DNA of 64,000 nucleotides, from sequence record OL960581. One strand, 5' to 3'. Origin of the DNA: Escherichia phage vB_EcoM_SA20RB. Shown here piece by piece: positions 36,964 to 47,058 of the stretch. The notes beneath the pieces are model-generated. The model worked only from the letters and a program-made list of their open reading frames with translations. It did not search any database and had not been told where the DNA came from. Both the position numbers and the translations under genes were made by a program. The first letter of the stretch is position 1. The number at the start of each line of letters is the position of its first letter.

Positions 36964-36969
36964 AAACTT

Positions 36970-37056
36970 TGGTACGAGAAGTGGGACTCGAACCCACAAG
37001 GAAATCATTCCGCAGCATTTTAAGTGCTGTGCCTTTACCAATTTGGCCATTCTCGC
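36970..37056 (-). tRNA. tRNA-Leu (UAA), long variable arm, CCA encoded
   Basis: Hand fold: anticodon stem CAGCA/UGCUG with loop CUUAAAA; T arm GUGGG-UUCGAGU-CCCAC. Confidence 0.8.
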
Positions 37057-37057
37057 G

Positions 37058-37130
37058 CTGGGAATAAAGGACTCGAACCTTTGCATCTAGCAGTCAAAGT
37101 GCTGTGCCTTACCAACTTGGCTAATTCCCA
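37058..37130 (-). tRNA. tRNA-Gln (UUG)
   Basis: Hand fold: acceptor UGGGAAU/AUUCCCA, anticodon loop CUUUGAC, T arm AAAGG-UUCGAGU-CCUUU. Confidence 0.8.
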
Positions 37131-37227
37131 ATTATTAACAAAGGCTCTCAAACAAGAACCCTTGATGATAGATGGTATTAATCAGTGCGGTATGAGTTAA
37201 TAATAACAAATAATTCTTAAAGCATAT

Positions 37228-37521
37228 TTACCATTTATGATAATACATATTTACGATGCATTCAAGACCCAAAGGATTCTTGAAAATATCATATTCAAGA
37301 GGACCTTTTTCTGTTTCAATAAAGAAATCAAAATTTACTGTATTAAATGTACGGTCTTCCTTTACTAATTTAACTTGAGAAGATGAACGGTCAATGTAAA
37401 CCTTTTCAACTTCAAAATATGTTAAAATGCCATAATCATCAATCAAGGCTTTAGCTGCTTCTTGATCATATTTATATCCATTTTCAATGGATGATACTTT
37501 CGCATAAAGAATCATTATCAA
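37228..37521 (-). CDS. Hypothetical protein
   Basis: ORF-track 97 aa; 4-nt overlap with the upstream gene. Confidence 0.5.
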   Translation of the reverse strand: MIMILYAKVSSIENGYKYDQEAAKALIDDYGILTYFEVEKVYIDRSSSQVKLVKEDRTFNTVNFDFFIETEKGPLEYDIFKNPLGLECIVNMYYHKW

Positions 37522-37898
37522 CCTTCATCAACAATAGTGTGCGTATTGGCATTTACAATTTGCCACCAATCAAAGCGATTGGAACCATAATCTGGTTTGT
37601 TTTCATTTTCTTTGATAATGTCACGGAGTTCATCTTCGGTAGCGGCTTTCGCTATTAAATCAGCATATCCACCACGAGGATAATAATTATCACCTGCAAA
37701 AAGTAAAAAGTTTGGTTTAATGTTATTGAACTCTTCAAGAGTAATAACTTTTCCTGACGGTTGAACAATCTCTACATATTTATATCCCAATTTTTGAGCA
37801 GCATCTACTGCTTCAAGCAAAGTATCATGAGCCCATCCAATTTGACAACCTGGCTTTTCAGATGGATTAGCCTGATAATCCGCATACACTTTGTACAT
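37518..37898 (-). CDS. Hypothetical protein (start trimmed to the Met at 37898 to avoid overlap)
   Basis: ORF 37518..37937 (139 aa); internal start MYKVYADYQ. Confidence 0.5.
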   Translation of the reverse strand: MYKVYADYQANPSEKPGCQIGWAHDTLLEAVDAAQKLGYKYVEIVQPSGKVITLEEFNNIKPNFLLFAGDNYYPRGGYADLIAKAATEDELRDIIKENENKPDYGSNRFDWWQIVNANTHTIVDEG

Positions 37899-37899
37899 T

Positions 37900-38085
37900 C
37901 TATTCACCTTTAGAAATTTTATCCATAACGATAGCAATTAAACCAATTAAAAATGCTACTACAAGTGAAAAAACATTTTCTGCTGTAGTCAATAATCCGC
38001 ATATAAATCCAACAAACATTGAAAAACTAAAAGCAGAAGCAGAAATTGCAATAGCAACATTTCGAATTAATTCACAACGTTTCAT
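37900..38085 (-). CDS. Small membrane protein
   Basis: 61 aa, mostly hydrophobic; early promoter upstream. Confidence 0.5.
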   Translation of the reverse strand: MKRCELIRNVAIAISASAFSFSMFVGFICGLLTTAENVFSLVVAFLIGLIAIVMDKISKGE

Positions 38086-38113
38086 TTTATTCTCCTCGGT
38101 AGTTGATAGGGTA

Positions 38114-38143
38114 ATAGTATCACAACTAAAACCCTATGTAAAC
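38114..38143 (-). promoter_or_regulatory. T4-type early promoter (-35 GTTTAC, -10 TACTAT)
   Basis: Minus strand reads aatatttcacaaagttGTTTACatagggttttagttgtgaTACTATtaccctatcaactaccgaggag. Confidence 0.6.
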
Positions 38144-38161
38144 AACTTTGTGAAATATTTA

Positions 38162-38449
38162 TTACAAAAGATTTTTAGCAATAATCTTGAGATGTGCTGC
38201 AGAAATGTGTTTAGCTTTAAACAACGCAGTTTCTTCGGCAGGAGAGATAACGATTGTAGCACCATCCTTTTTAGCAGACCACCCATCACCTAGGTAAACA
38301 GTACCTTTGATTTCTTCGCCATCAACCAAGCTAATCATTGGTTTACCTTCTCGTCCTTTATTTGCTTTAATAACTTCAGAAGTAAGAGTAGCTTCAGTAA
38401 TAGTAGAAACCGGGGTAGTTGTAGAAGTAAATTCTTTGAAAGTTTTCAT
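38162..38449 (-). CDS. ipI: Internal protein I precursor (packaged head protein with capsid-targeting leader)
   Basis: 95 aa as T4 IPI precursor; N-terminus MKTFKEFTSTTTP; adjacent to 57B. Confidence 0.75.
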   Translation of the reverse strand: MKTFKEFTSTTTPVSTITEATLTSEVIKANKGREGKPMISLVDGEEIKGTVYLGDGWSAKKDGATIVISPAEETALFKAKHISAAHLKIIAKNLL

Positions 38450-38479
38450 TTTATTTTCCTAATTAATTTTGATGAGATA

Positions 38480-38509
38480 ATAGTATCACTACCTCATCAA
38501 CGTGTAAAC
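38480..38509 (-). promoter_or_regulatory. T4-type early promoter (-35 GTTTAC, -10 TACTAT) upstream of ipI
   Basis: Minus strand reads taatttcacaaagttGTTTACacgttgatgaggtagtgaTACTAT. Confidence 0.6.
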
Positions 38510-38521
38510 AACTTTGTGAAA

Positions 38522-39218
<697 letters not shown>

Positions 39219-39219
<1 letters not shown>

Positions 39220-39932
39220 TATAGTACCTTTAGTGTATTTTTAATTTTAGAAAAAAGTTCTTCAAGAGAACCATCGTTTGTAATTACTAAATCGCCATCA
39301 CGAATTGGCAATCCAGCTTCTGTAATATGTGTATCATTGGATTTTTGACCAGGACGAACTACATGAATTACTGTAGCACCCATCGCCCTAGCCGCATCCA
39401 TTTCATGATCTTGACGAGTATCAGGAACAATATAGTAATCATAACCTGAGTTAAATTTATCAAGATAATCTAAAGCAAATAATTTTACCCAATACATGCG
39501 GTCGAAGTTATTAACAATCAAATCCGTACCTAGGGCTTGCATCAGACGACGGACTGACCATTGATCTTCAATATTATTTATAACGTCAGCAATCTTGTTA
39601 AATGCTACGAAATTAACTGCGTCATCAAAAACAAACACACCTTTAATTGGACTTTTACTATTAAGATAGCAAAATGCTTGTCCCATAATCGTAATTACTT
39701 CTAATTTAGTCAGATTTAAATTAGTCTCACGATCATAGTCAATTCCTTCAAACTCTTTACGAGTTAAGCAAGGATAGTCAGTGTTTGCTGCAAATACGCC
39801 CCATGCATAAGCCAATGCATCCTTAATAGGACCAGCAAGTTGATATTTAACTGCAGAATAATTATTCATAATAAAATCTGCAGTAGTATCTTTTCCACTA
39901 CGCTTTACACCACTTAAAAAGATTAGTTTCAT
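39219..39932 (-). CDS. 1: Deoxynucleoside monophosphate kinase gp1
   Basis: 237 aa; P-loop GVKRSGKDT; position matches T4 gene 1. Confidence 0.88.
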
Positions 39933-39981
39933 ATGTTTCTCCTCAAATTTAGTTAAGATTATAACACATGAAACTGAAGCA

Positions 39982-40512
39982 TTAAACTTCTGCTATAATT
40001 TTTCCATCTTTTTCTACTTGAAAATACGTATAAGGAATCGTTGCTGTGCATACTAAGGCTGGGTCTGAATCTTCTGTGTAGCTAAATTCTACTTCAGACA
40101 GGTCAGAAACCCAAGGCTTATAAAAATTTATTGACATCACGATTTCAGTTTTACTATTATCTAAAATGTAAAGCGTAATGTATTCAGGACCTGTTTTTTG
40201 GGCAGTATTTTCGCCTGTAAGATAGTTGCTAGTTCCTAGCATCCATTCATACATTCCTATCCACGACTTAAGTTCTTCATCAACTATAAATCTCACAATG
40301 AGTGGGTCGTACTCAAATGTAACACCTGGACGTTGTGCTCGGCCTAGTCCAAACGGCCCAGTCACGGTATCAGTAACAGGTATCCTAATTCCCGGAATAG
40401 GAACTGACTGAGCATTTAAAGTAAAAGCAGATGTAGTATTACTATGCGGTATTGATACTACAAAGTTAGTTGTATTTGCTTGGTTAAAAATTTGTTGTAG
40501 TGCTTGCGACAT
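39982..40512 (-). CDS. 3: Tail completion / tube terminator protein gp3
   Basis: ORF 39982..40593 trimmed to MSQALQQIF... (176 aa, matching T4 gp3). Confidence 0.8.
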   Translation of the reverse strand: MSQALQQIFNQANTTNFVVSIPHSNTTSAFTLNAQSVPIPGIRIPVTDTVTGPFGLGRAQRPGVTFEYDPLIVRFIVDEELKSWIGMYEWMLGTSNYLTGENTAQKTGPEYITLYILDNSKTEIVMSINFYKPWVSDLSEVEFSYTEDSDPALVCTATIPYTYFQVEKDGKIIAEV

Positions 40513-40618
40513 ATATTCCTCATAATGCTTCATAAATGTTAGTGGTATAATGGGTCTAAGTCCCTTCCATTCAATTCCAATTAGAACAAACAATAGAAAA
40601 GAATGGAAGATAATAGAA

Positions 40619-41443
40619 TTAGATATTTGACCAGACTTTGTTTGCAGAGAAACGTTTTCCTTTTGAAACGAACTGCTGAAGTGGCATTAACACAACGTTC
40701 GCCCAGTCTTTCGGGGCGATTTCAACAAGGCTACCCATAATATTACCAGGTATATATGCCTTAATCATTTGGTCTGCACCCCTAAATCCTTTCACTTGAC
40801 TCCAATCAATTTTTAATTTCGTTTTATTAGTAATAGTAGGTGTATTCGAATATTGCTTTAAAAGCTCTTCTAGAAATTGCTGACGAGCTTTAGGTGGAAT
40901 ATAGTGCAAGTTCAATCCGTACATTAAATTATGTTTACCTAAACCAAGGTAAATTATCAAAGGAAATTTATCCCAGTAAGGAAGAGTTTCCTTGTGTTTA
41001 GCATCATAAGCAAAAGCATATATTCGCCCCGGCTGCGGGCGAACAACTTTATGTCCTTTTACTTGCTTAATAGTTTCAGCAAACCACTTTCTGGTTTTAT
41101 TATTAATTGCTGCACCTTCATTACGAATTTTATCACGCAATGTTTGCCTGAATGAATTTATCATAAGCAGTTGTCTTTCTTGCTTATTGAGCTTATTCAT
41201 TGGTTTTGATTCAAGATTTTGAATCTTTTCGGCAGTTTTAATTCCTGAAGCATATTTTGACATTGCCGAAGTAAACGTAGAGTATTTGATTCCTCTTTCT
41301 TCAGCAAATTGCTTTCCTGTCATTCCTTTTGCTTTGGCCTTTTTGTATTCAAGACCTATCTGAATCCATTTCTTTTCGTTTAATGATTGCTTAACCTTTG
41401 GAACTTGGGGATTGCTTTCATTAATTATTTGAAAAATAGCCAT
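40619..41443 (-). CDS. 2: DNA end-protector protein gp2
   Basis: 274 aa; length and position match T4 gp2. Confidence 0.88.
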   Translation of the reverse strand: MAIFQIINESNPQVPKVKQSLNEKKWIQIGLEYKKAKAKGMTGKQFAEERGIKYSTFTSAMSKYASGIKTAEKIQNLESKPMNKLNKQERQLLMINSFRQTLRDKIRNEGAAINNKTRKWFAETIKQVKGHKVVRPQPGRIYAFAYDAKHKETLPYWDKFPLIIYLGLGKHNLMYGLNLHYIPPKARQQFLEELLKQYSNTPTITNKTKLKIDWSQVKGFRGADQMIKAYIPGNIMGSLVEIAPKDWANVVLMPLQQFVSKGKRFSANKVWSNI

Positions 41444-41895
41444 TATGCCCCCTTAAAGCCAAGAGCTCGTAATCCATCTTCTGTTAGAATTCTAAATTTT
41501 ATTCCACGTTTTTCAGCTAAAGCTTGCGCTGCTTTCCATTTATCAGTATTAACGGAATATGTATAAATTTCATTCATAAATCTTTTCTTCGCTGCGGTTG
41601 TTAGATGTGCCGGTTTAACTGGTGGTTGTGTTTCTTTTTTAGGCTTTATTTCAATAAAAAATTCTTGTCCAGAAGAATCTTTCATCCAAATATCCATGAA
41701 GTATCTACGTTTTTTCCCTTCTGCATTACAAAAATAAGGAATTACTGCTGTTTCACTACCCCATGCAATAATTTCTGGATTTTTATCTAACCATTCAAAA
41801 AAGAATTTTTCCCAATTTGATCTATACGTAATTTTTTTAGGGTCACCTCTATATTTTGATATATTTTTAGGAACCCATTTTCCAGAATATGCCAT
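41443..41895 (-). CDS. 4: Head completion protein gp4
   Basis: 150 aa; length and position match T4 gp4. Confidence 0.88.
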   Translation of the reverse strand: MAYSGKWVPKNISKYRGDPKKITYRSNWEKFFFEWLDKNPEIIAWGSETAVIPYFCNAEGKKRRYFMDIWMKDSSGQEFFIEIKPKKETQPPVKPAHLTTAAKKRFMNEIYTYSVNTDKWKAAQALAEKRGIKFRILTEDGLRALGFKGA

Positions 41896-41906
41896 TGGAT
41901 TCTCCT

Positions 41907-41914
41907 TATAAATA
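41907..41914 (+). promoter_or_regulatory. Late promoter TATAAATA for gene 53
   Basis: Exact TATAAATA on the plus strand 29 nt upstream of the gene 53 ATG. Confidence 0.6.
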
Positions 41915-41921
41915 GATAATA

Positions 41922-41929
41922 TATTTATA
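41922..41929 (-). promoter_or_regulatory. Late promoter TATAAATA for gene 4 (divergent from the gene 53 promoter)
   Basis: Exact TATAAATA on the minus strand about 27 nt upstream of the gene 4 ATG. Confidence 0.6.
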
Positions 41930-41942
41930 AACAGGAGGGCCC

Positions 41943-42533
41943 ATGCTCTTTACATTTTTTGATCCGATTGAATATGCGGCCAAAACGGTGAATAAAAACG
42001 CGCCGACTATTCCTATGACAGATATTTTTAGAAACTATAAAGACTATTTCAAACGTGCTCTTGCAGGATACCGCTTACGTACTTATTATATTAAAGGTTC
42101 ACCACGCCCGGAAGAATTAGCAAATGCTATATATGGAAATCCGCAGTTGTATTGGGTTTTATTGATGTGTAATGATAATTATGATCCGTATTATGGATGG
42201 ATTACTTCGCAAGAAGCTGCTTATCAAGCATCTATACAAAAATACAAAAACGTAGGTGGAGACCAAATAGTATATCATGTGAATGAGAACGGTGAAAAAT
42301 TTTATAATTTAATATCATACGATGATAATCCATATGTTTGGTATGACAAAGGCGATAAAGCTAGAAAATATCCTCAATATGAAGGAGCACTTGCTGCGGT
42401 CGATACGTATGAAGCTGCTGTTCTTGAAAATGAAAAACTTCGTCAAATAAAAATAATAGCAAAATCAGACATCAATTCATTTATGAACGACCTTATACGT
42501 ATAATGGAGAAATCTTATGGAAATGATAAGTAA
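41943..42533 (+). CDS. 53: Baseplate wedge protein gp53
   Basis: 196 aa; length and position match T4 gp53. Confidence 0.9.
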   Translation: MLFTFFDPIEYAAKTVNKNAPTIPMTDIFRNYKDYFKRALAGYRLRTYYIKGSPRPEELANAIYGNPQLYWVLLMCNDNYDPYYGWITSQEAAYQASIQKYKNVGGDQIVYHVNENGEKFYNLISYDDNPYVWYDKGDKARKYPQYEGALAAVDTYEAAVLENEKLRQIKIIAKSDINSFMNDLIRIMEKSYGNDK

Positions 42534-44244
42534 TAACCTTAATTGGTTTGTTGGTGTTGTTGAAGATAGAATGGACCCATTAAAATTAGGTCGTGTTCGT
42601 GTTCGTGTAGTTGGTCTGCATCCACCTCAAAGAGCCCAAGGCGATGTAATGGGTATTCCAACTGATAAATTACCATGGATGTCAGTTATTCAACCTATAA
42701 CTTCTGCAGCAATGTCTGGAATTGGAGGCTCCGTTACTGGTCCAGTAGAAGGAACTAGAGTTTATGGTCATTTTTTAGACAAATGGAAAACTAACGGAAT
42801 TGTCCTTGGCACGTATGGTGGAATAGTTCGCGAAAAGCCTAATAGACTTGAAGGATTTTCTGACCCGACTGGACAGTATCCTAGACGTCTAGGAAATGAT
42901 ACTAACGTATTAAACCAAGGCGGAGAAGTAGGATATGATTCGTCTTCTAATATTATCCAAGATAGCAATCTAGACACTGCGATAAATCCTGATGATAGAC
43001 CGCTATCAGAAATTCCAACTGATGATAATCCAAATATGTCAATGGCTGAAATGCTTCGCCGTGATGAAGGATTAAGACTAAAAGTTTATTGGGATACTGA
43101 AGGATATCCGACAATTGGCATTGGTCATCTTATCATGAAGCAGCCAGTTCGTGATATGACTCAAATTAATAAAGTTTTATCAAAACAAGTTGGTCGTGAA
43201 ATTACTGGAAATCCAGGTTCTATTACAATGGAAGAAGCGGTAACTTTATTTGAACGTGATTTAGCTGATATGCAACGTGACATTAAATCGCATTCTAAAG
43301 TTGGCCCAGTTTGGCAGGCAGTTAATCGTTCTCGTCAAATGGCATTAGAAAATATGGCATTTCAGATGGGTGTTGGCGGTGTAGCTAAATTTAACACAAT
43401 GTTAACTGCTATGTTAGCCGGAGATTGGGAAAAAGCATATAAAGCTGGTCGTGATTCATTGTGGTATCAACAAACAAAAGGCCGTGCATCCCGTGTTACC
43501 ATGATTATTCTTACGGGAAATTTGGAATCATACGGTATTGAAGTGAAAACACCGGCTAGGTCTTTGTCAGCAATGGCTGCTACTGTAGCAAAGTCTTCTG
43601 ACCCGGCTGACCCTCCTATTCCGAATGATTCAAGAATTTTATTCAAAGAACCTGTTTCTTCATATAAAGGTGAATATCCGTATGTTCACACAATGGAAAC
43701 TGAAAGCGGTCATATTCAGGAATTTGATGATACCCCGGGACAAGAACGATACAGATTAGTTCATCCGACTGGAACATATGAGGAAGTATCACCGTCAGGA
43801 AGAAGAACAAGAAAAACTGTTGATAATTTGTATGATATAACAAATGCTGATGGTAATTTTTTGGTAGCTGGCGATAAAAAGACTAACGTCGGTGGATCAG
43901 AAATTTATTACAACATGGATAATCGTCTTCACCAAATAGATGGAAGCAATACAATATTTGTACGTGGCGATGAAACTAAGACGGTTGAAGGTAATGGAAC
44001 TATCCTAGTAAAAGGTAATGTTACTATTGTAGTTGAAGGTAATGCTGACATTACAGTTAAAGGAGATGCTACCACTTTAGTTGAAGGAAATCAGACTAAT
44101 ACAGTAAATGGAAATCTTTCTTGGAAAGTTGCTGGGACAGTTGATTGGGACGTTGGCGGTGATTGGACAGAAAAAATGGCATCTATGAGTTCTATTTCAT
44201 CTGGTCAATACACAATTGATGGATCGAGGATTGACATTGGCTAA
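42517..44244 (+). CDS. 5: Baseplate hub / cell-puncturing protein gp5 with lysozyme domain
   Basis: 575 aa; internal lysozyme domain (MAEMLRRDEGLRLKVYWDTEGYPTIGIGHL) paralogous to e; C-terminal VEGN beta-helix repeats. Confidence 0.95.
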   Translation: MEMISNNLNWFVGVVEDRMDPLKLGRVRVRVVGLHPPQRAQGDVMGIPTDKLPWMSVIQPITSAAMSGIGGSVTGPVEGTRVYGHFLDKWKTNGIVLGTYGGIVREKPNRLEGFSDPTGQYPRRLGNDTNVLNQGGEVGYDSSSNIIQDSNLDTAINPDDRPLSEIPTDDNPNMSMAEMLRRDEGLRLKVYWDTEGYPTIGIGHLIMKQPVRDMTQINKVLSKQVGREITGNPGSITMEEAVTLFERDLADMQRDIKSHSKVGPVWQAVNRSRQMALENMAFQMGVGGVAKFNTMLTAMLAGDWEKAYKAGRDSLWYQQTKGRASRVTMIILTGNLESYGIEVKTPARSLSAMAATVAKSSDPADPPIPNDSRILFKEPVSSYKGEYPYVHTMETESGHIQEFDDTPGQERYRLVHPTGTYEEVSPSGRRTRKTVDNLYDITNADGNFLVAGDKKTNVGGSEIYYNMDNRLHQIDGSNTIFVRGDETKTVEGNGTILVKGNVTIVVEGNADITVKGDATTLVEGNQTNTVNGNLSWKVAGTVDWDVGGDWTEKMASMSSISSGQYTIDGSRIDIG

Positions 44245-44773
44245 TATACTTCCAATGAGCGCTGATTTAGGAGAATCCATGGAAGGTTCTTCTATCGACG
44301 TCACCTTTACCGCTCAATTAGAAACAGGTGAAACGTTAGTATCTATAAATATAACTAGTTACGAAGAAACTTCTGGGGTTTTAGTAGAAGAAAATCGTTT
44401 ATATGGAACGTATGAATCTGTATTTGGATTTGGAAATGACGCATTGAAATATCGTTTAGATAATGAATTTAAAACTGCTGCTTCATGGGAAGACCTTCCA
44501 ACTGATTCTAATACTCAGTTATATTTATGGAAAGCTCCTCAAAACCTCCAGAAGACATTCACTTACGAAGTAACATTAATATATGACTACCAAGAACAAG
44601 GTGAATCTGGAGGTTCTGGCAGTAATTCTAGGTCATCTTCTGATACTACTGAACCGACGAATCCTCCAGCTCCAATAAGAAAAACTCTTGTTAAAAATTA
44701 CACAAAAACTATAGTTGGAAATTGGAGTCGTTGGGCTAATAAATTGAGAAGCTACGTGTATGAGAGGCCATAA
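44216..44773 (+). CDS. 5.1: Gene 5.1-like hypothetical protein
   Basis: 185 aa ORF between 5 and 5.4. Confidence 0.6.
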
Positions 44774-45067
44774 ATGTCAGGATTGAGTTATGATAAGTGT
44801 GTTACTGCCGGCCATGAAGCATGGCCTCCAACAGTTGTGAATGCTACACAAAGTAAAGTATTCACTGGAGGAATTGCTGTTCTCGTAGCAGGCGATCCAA
44901 TTACAGAACATACAGAAATTAAAAAGCCATATGAAACACATGGCGGAGTGACACAACCTAGAACTTCTAAGGTATATGTCACTGGAAAGAAAGCTGTTCA
45001 AATGGCTGATCCAATATCATGCGGTGATACTGTGGCTCAGGCATCATCTAAAGTATTCATTAAATAG
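44774..45067 (+). CDS. 5.4: PAAR-repeat spike-tip protein gp5.4
   Basis: 97 aa; length and position match T4 gp5.4. Confidence 0.8.
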
Positions 45068-45075
45068 GATTTAAA

Positions 45076-47058
45076 ATGGCAAATACCCCTGTAAATTATC
45101 AATTAACAAGAACAGCAAATGCTATTCCCGAGATATTCGTCGGGGGTACATTTGCTGAAATAAAACAAAACCTCATTGAATGGCTTAATGGCCAAAATGA
45201 ATTTTTGGATTATGATTTTGAAGGCTCAAGATTAAACGTTCTGTGCGACCTTTTGGCTTATAATACATTATACATTCAGCAGTTTGGTAATGCTGCCTTG
45301 TATGAAAGCTTTATGCGTACTGCTAATTTGCGTAGTTCAGTAGTTCAAGCTGCACAAGATAATGGATATTTACCTACTTCAAAATCAGCTGCTCAAACTG
45401 AAATTATGCTAACTTGTACAGATGCATTGAATAGAAATTACATTACTATTCCTCGTGGTACTCGCTTTTTAGCATATGCAAAAGATACTTCCGTTAATCC
45501 TTACAACTTTGTATCTACTGAAGATGTTATTGCTATTCGTGATAAAAATAACCAATATTTTCCACGTTTAAAATTGGCCCAGGGACGTATAGTAAGAACT
45601 GAAATCATTTATGATAAATTAACACCTATTATCATTTATGACAAAAATATAGATAGAAACCAAGTTAAATTATACGTTGATGGAGCAGAATGGATTAACT
45701 GGACAAGAAAGTCAATGGTTCATGCTGGTTCTACATCAACAATTTACTACATGCGTGAAACTATTGATGGAAATACCGAGTTTTATTTTGGTGAAGGCGA
45801 GATTTCTGTTAATGCGGCAGAAGGAGCATTGACTGCTAATTATATTGGAGGTCTTAAACCTACCCAGAACTCTACGATTGTTATTGAGTACATCAGTACT
45901 AACGGTGCAGATGCGAATGGCGCAGTCGGATTTTCATATGCAGATACATTAACAAATATAACTGTCATCAATATTAATGAAAATCCAAACGATGACCCAG
46001 ATTTTGTTGGGGCAGATGGCGGCGGTGATCCAGAAGATATTGAGCGTATTCGCGAATTGGGTACTATTAAACGCGAAACCCAGCAACGCTGCGTAACTGC
46101 GACTGACTATGATACATTCGTTTCAGAGAGATTTGGTTCTATTATTCAAGCAGTTCAGACGTTCACTGATTCTACTAAACCTGGTTATGCATTTATTGCT
46201 GCTAAACCTAAATCAGGTCTGTATTTAACTACCGTACAGCGCGAAGATATTAAAAATTATCTCAAAGACTATAATTTAGCTCCTATTACACCATCAATTA
46301 TTTCTCCTAATTATCTTTTTATTAAGACTAATTTAAAAGTCACATATGCTTTAAATAAGCTGCAAGAATCCGAACAGTGGCTCGAAGGTCAAATAATTGA
46401 TAAAATTGATCGTTATTATACAGAAGATGTAGAAATTTTTAACTCATCTTTCGCTAAATCTAAGATGTTGACATATGTAGATGATGCAGATCATTCTATC
46501 ATTGGTTCATCAGCGACAATTCAAATTGTTCGTGAAGTACAAAACTTCTATAAAACGCCTGAAGCGGGTATTAAATACAATAATCAAATAAAAGATCGTT
46601 CTATGGAATCTAATACGTTTTCATTTAATTCTGGACGAAAGGTTGTAAATCCTGATACTGGTTTAGAAGAAGATGTATTATATGACGTCCGCATAGTATC
46701 AACAGACCGAGATTCTAAAGGAATTGGTAAAGTTATTATTGGTCCATTTGCTTCTGGCGATGTTACAGAAAATGAAAACATTCAGCCGTATACAGGCAAC
46801 GATTTTAACAAATTAGCAAATTCTGATGGACGCGACAAATACTATGTTATCGGTGAAATAAATTATCCAGCTGACATGATTTATTGGAATATCGCTAAAA
46901 TTAATTTAACATCTGAAAAATTTGAAGTTCAGACTATTGAATTATATTCTGACCCAACCGATGATGTTATCTTTACTCGTGATGGTTCACTGATTGTATT
47001 TGAAAATGACTTACGTCCACAATACTTAACTATCGATTTGGAGCCTATATCACAATGA
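45076..47058 (+). CDS. 6: Baseplate wedge protein gp6
   Basis: 660 aa; length and position match T4 gp6. Confidence 0.93.
   Translation: MANTPVNYQLTRTANAIPEIFVGGTFAEIKQNLIEWLNGQNEFLDYDFEGSRLNVLCDLLAYNTLYIQQFGNAALYESFMRTANLRSSVVQAAQDNGYLPTSKSAAQTEIMLTCTDALNRNYITIPRGTRFLAYAKDTSVNPYNFVSTEDVIAIRDKNNQYFPRLKLAQGRIVRTEIIYDKLTPIIIYDKNIDRNQVKLYVDGAEWINWTRKSMVHAGSTSTIYYMRETIDGNTEFYFGEGEISVNAAEGALTANYIGGLKPTQNSTIVIEYISTNGADANGAVGFSYADTLTNITVININENPNDDPDFVGADGGGDPEDIERIRELGTIKRETQQRCVTATDYDTFVSERFGSIIQAVQTFTDSTKPGYAFIAAKPKSGLYLTTVQREDIKNYLKDYNLAPITPSIISPNYLFIKTNLKVTYALNKLQESEQWLEGQIIDKIDRYYTEDVEIFNSSFAKSKMLTYVDDADHSIIGSSATIQIVREVQNFYKTPEAGIKYNNQIKDRSMESNTFSFNSGRKVVNPDTGLEEDVLYDVRIVSTDRDSKGIGKVIIGPFASGDVTENENIQPYTGNDFNKLANSDGRDKYYVIGEINYPADMIYWNIAKINLTSEKFEVQTIELYSDPTDDVIFTRDGSLIVFENDLRPQYLTIDLEPISQ

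Noticed and set aside
43950-44130. Short tandem DNA periodicity encoding VEGN-type repeats
   Set aside because: This is the beta-helix repeat region at the C-terminus of gp5, a coding repeat rather than a mobile or regulatory element.
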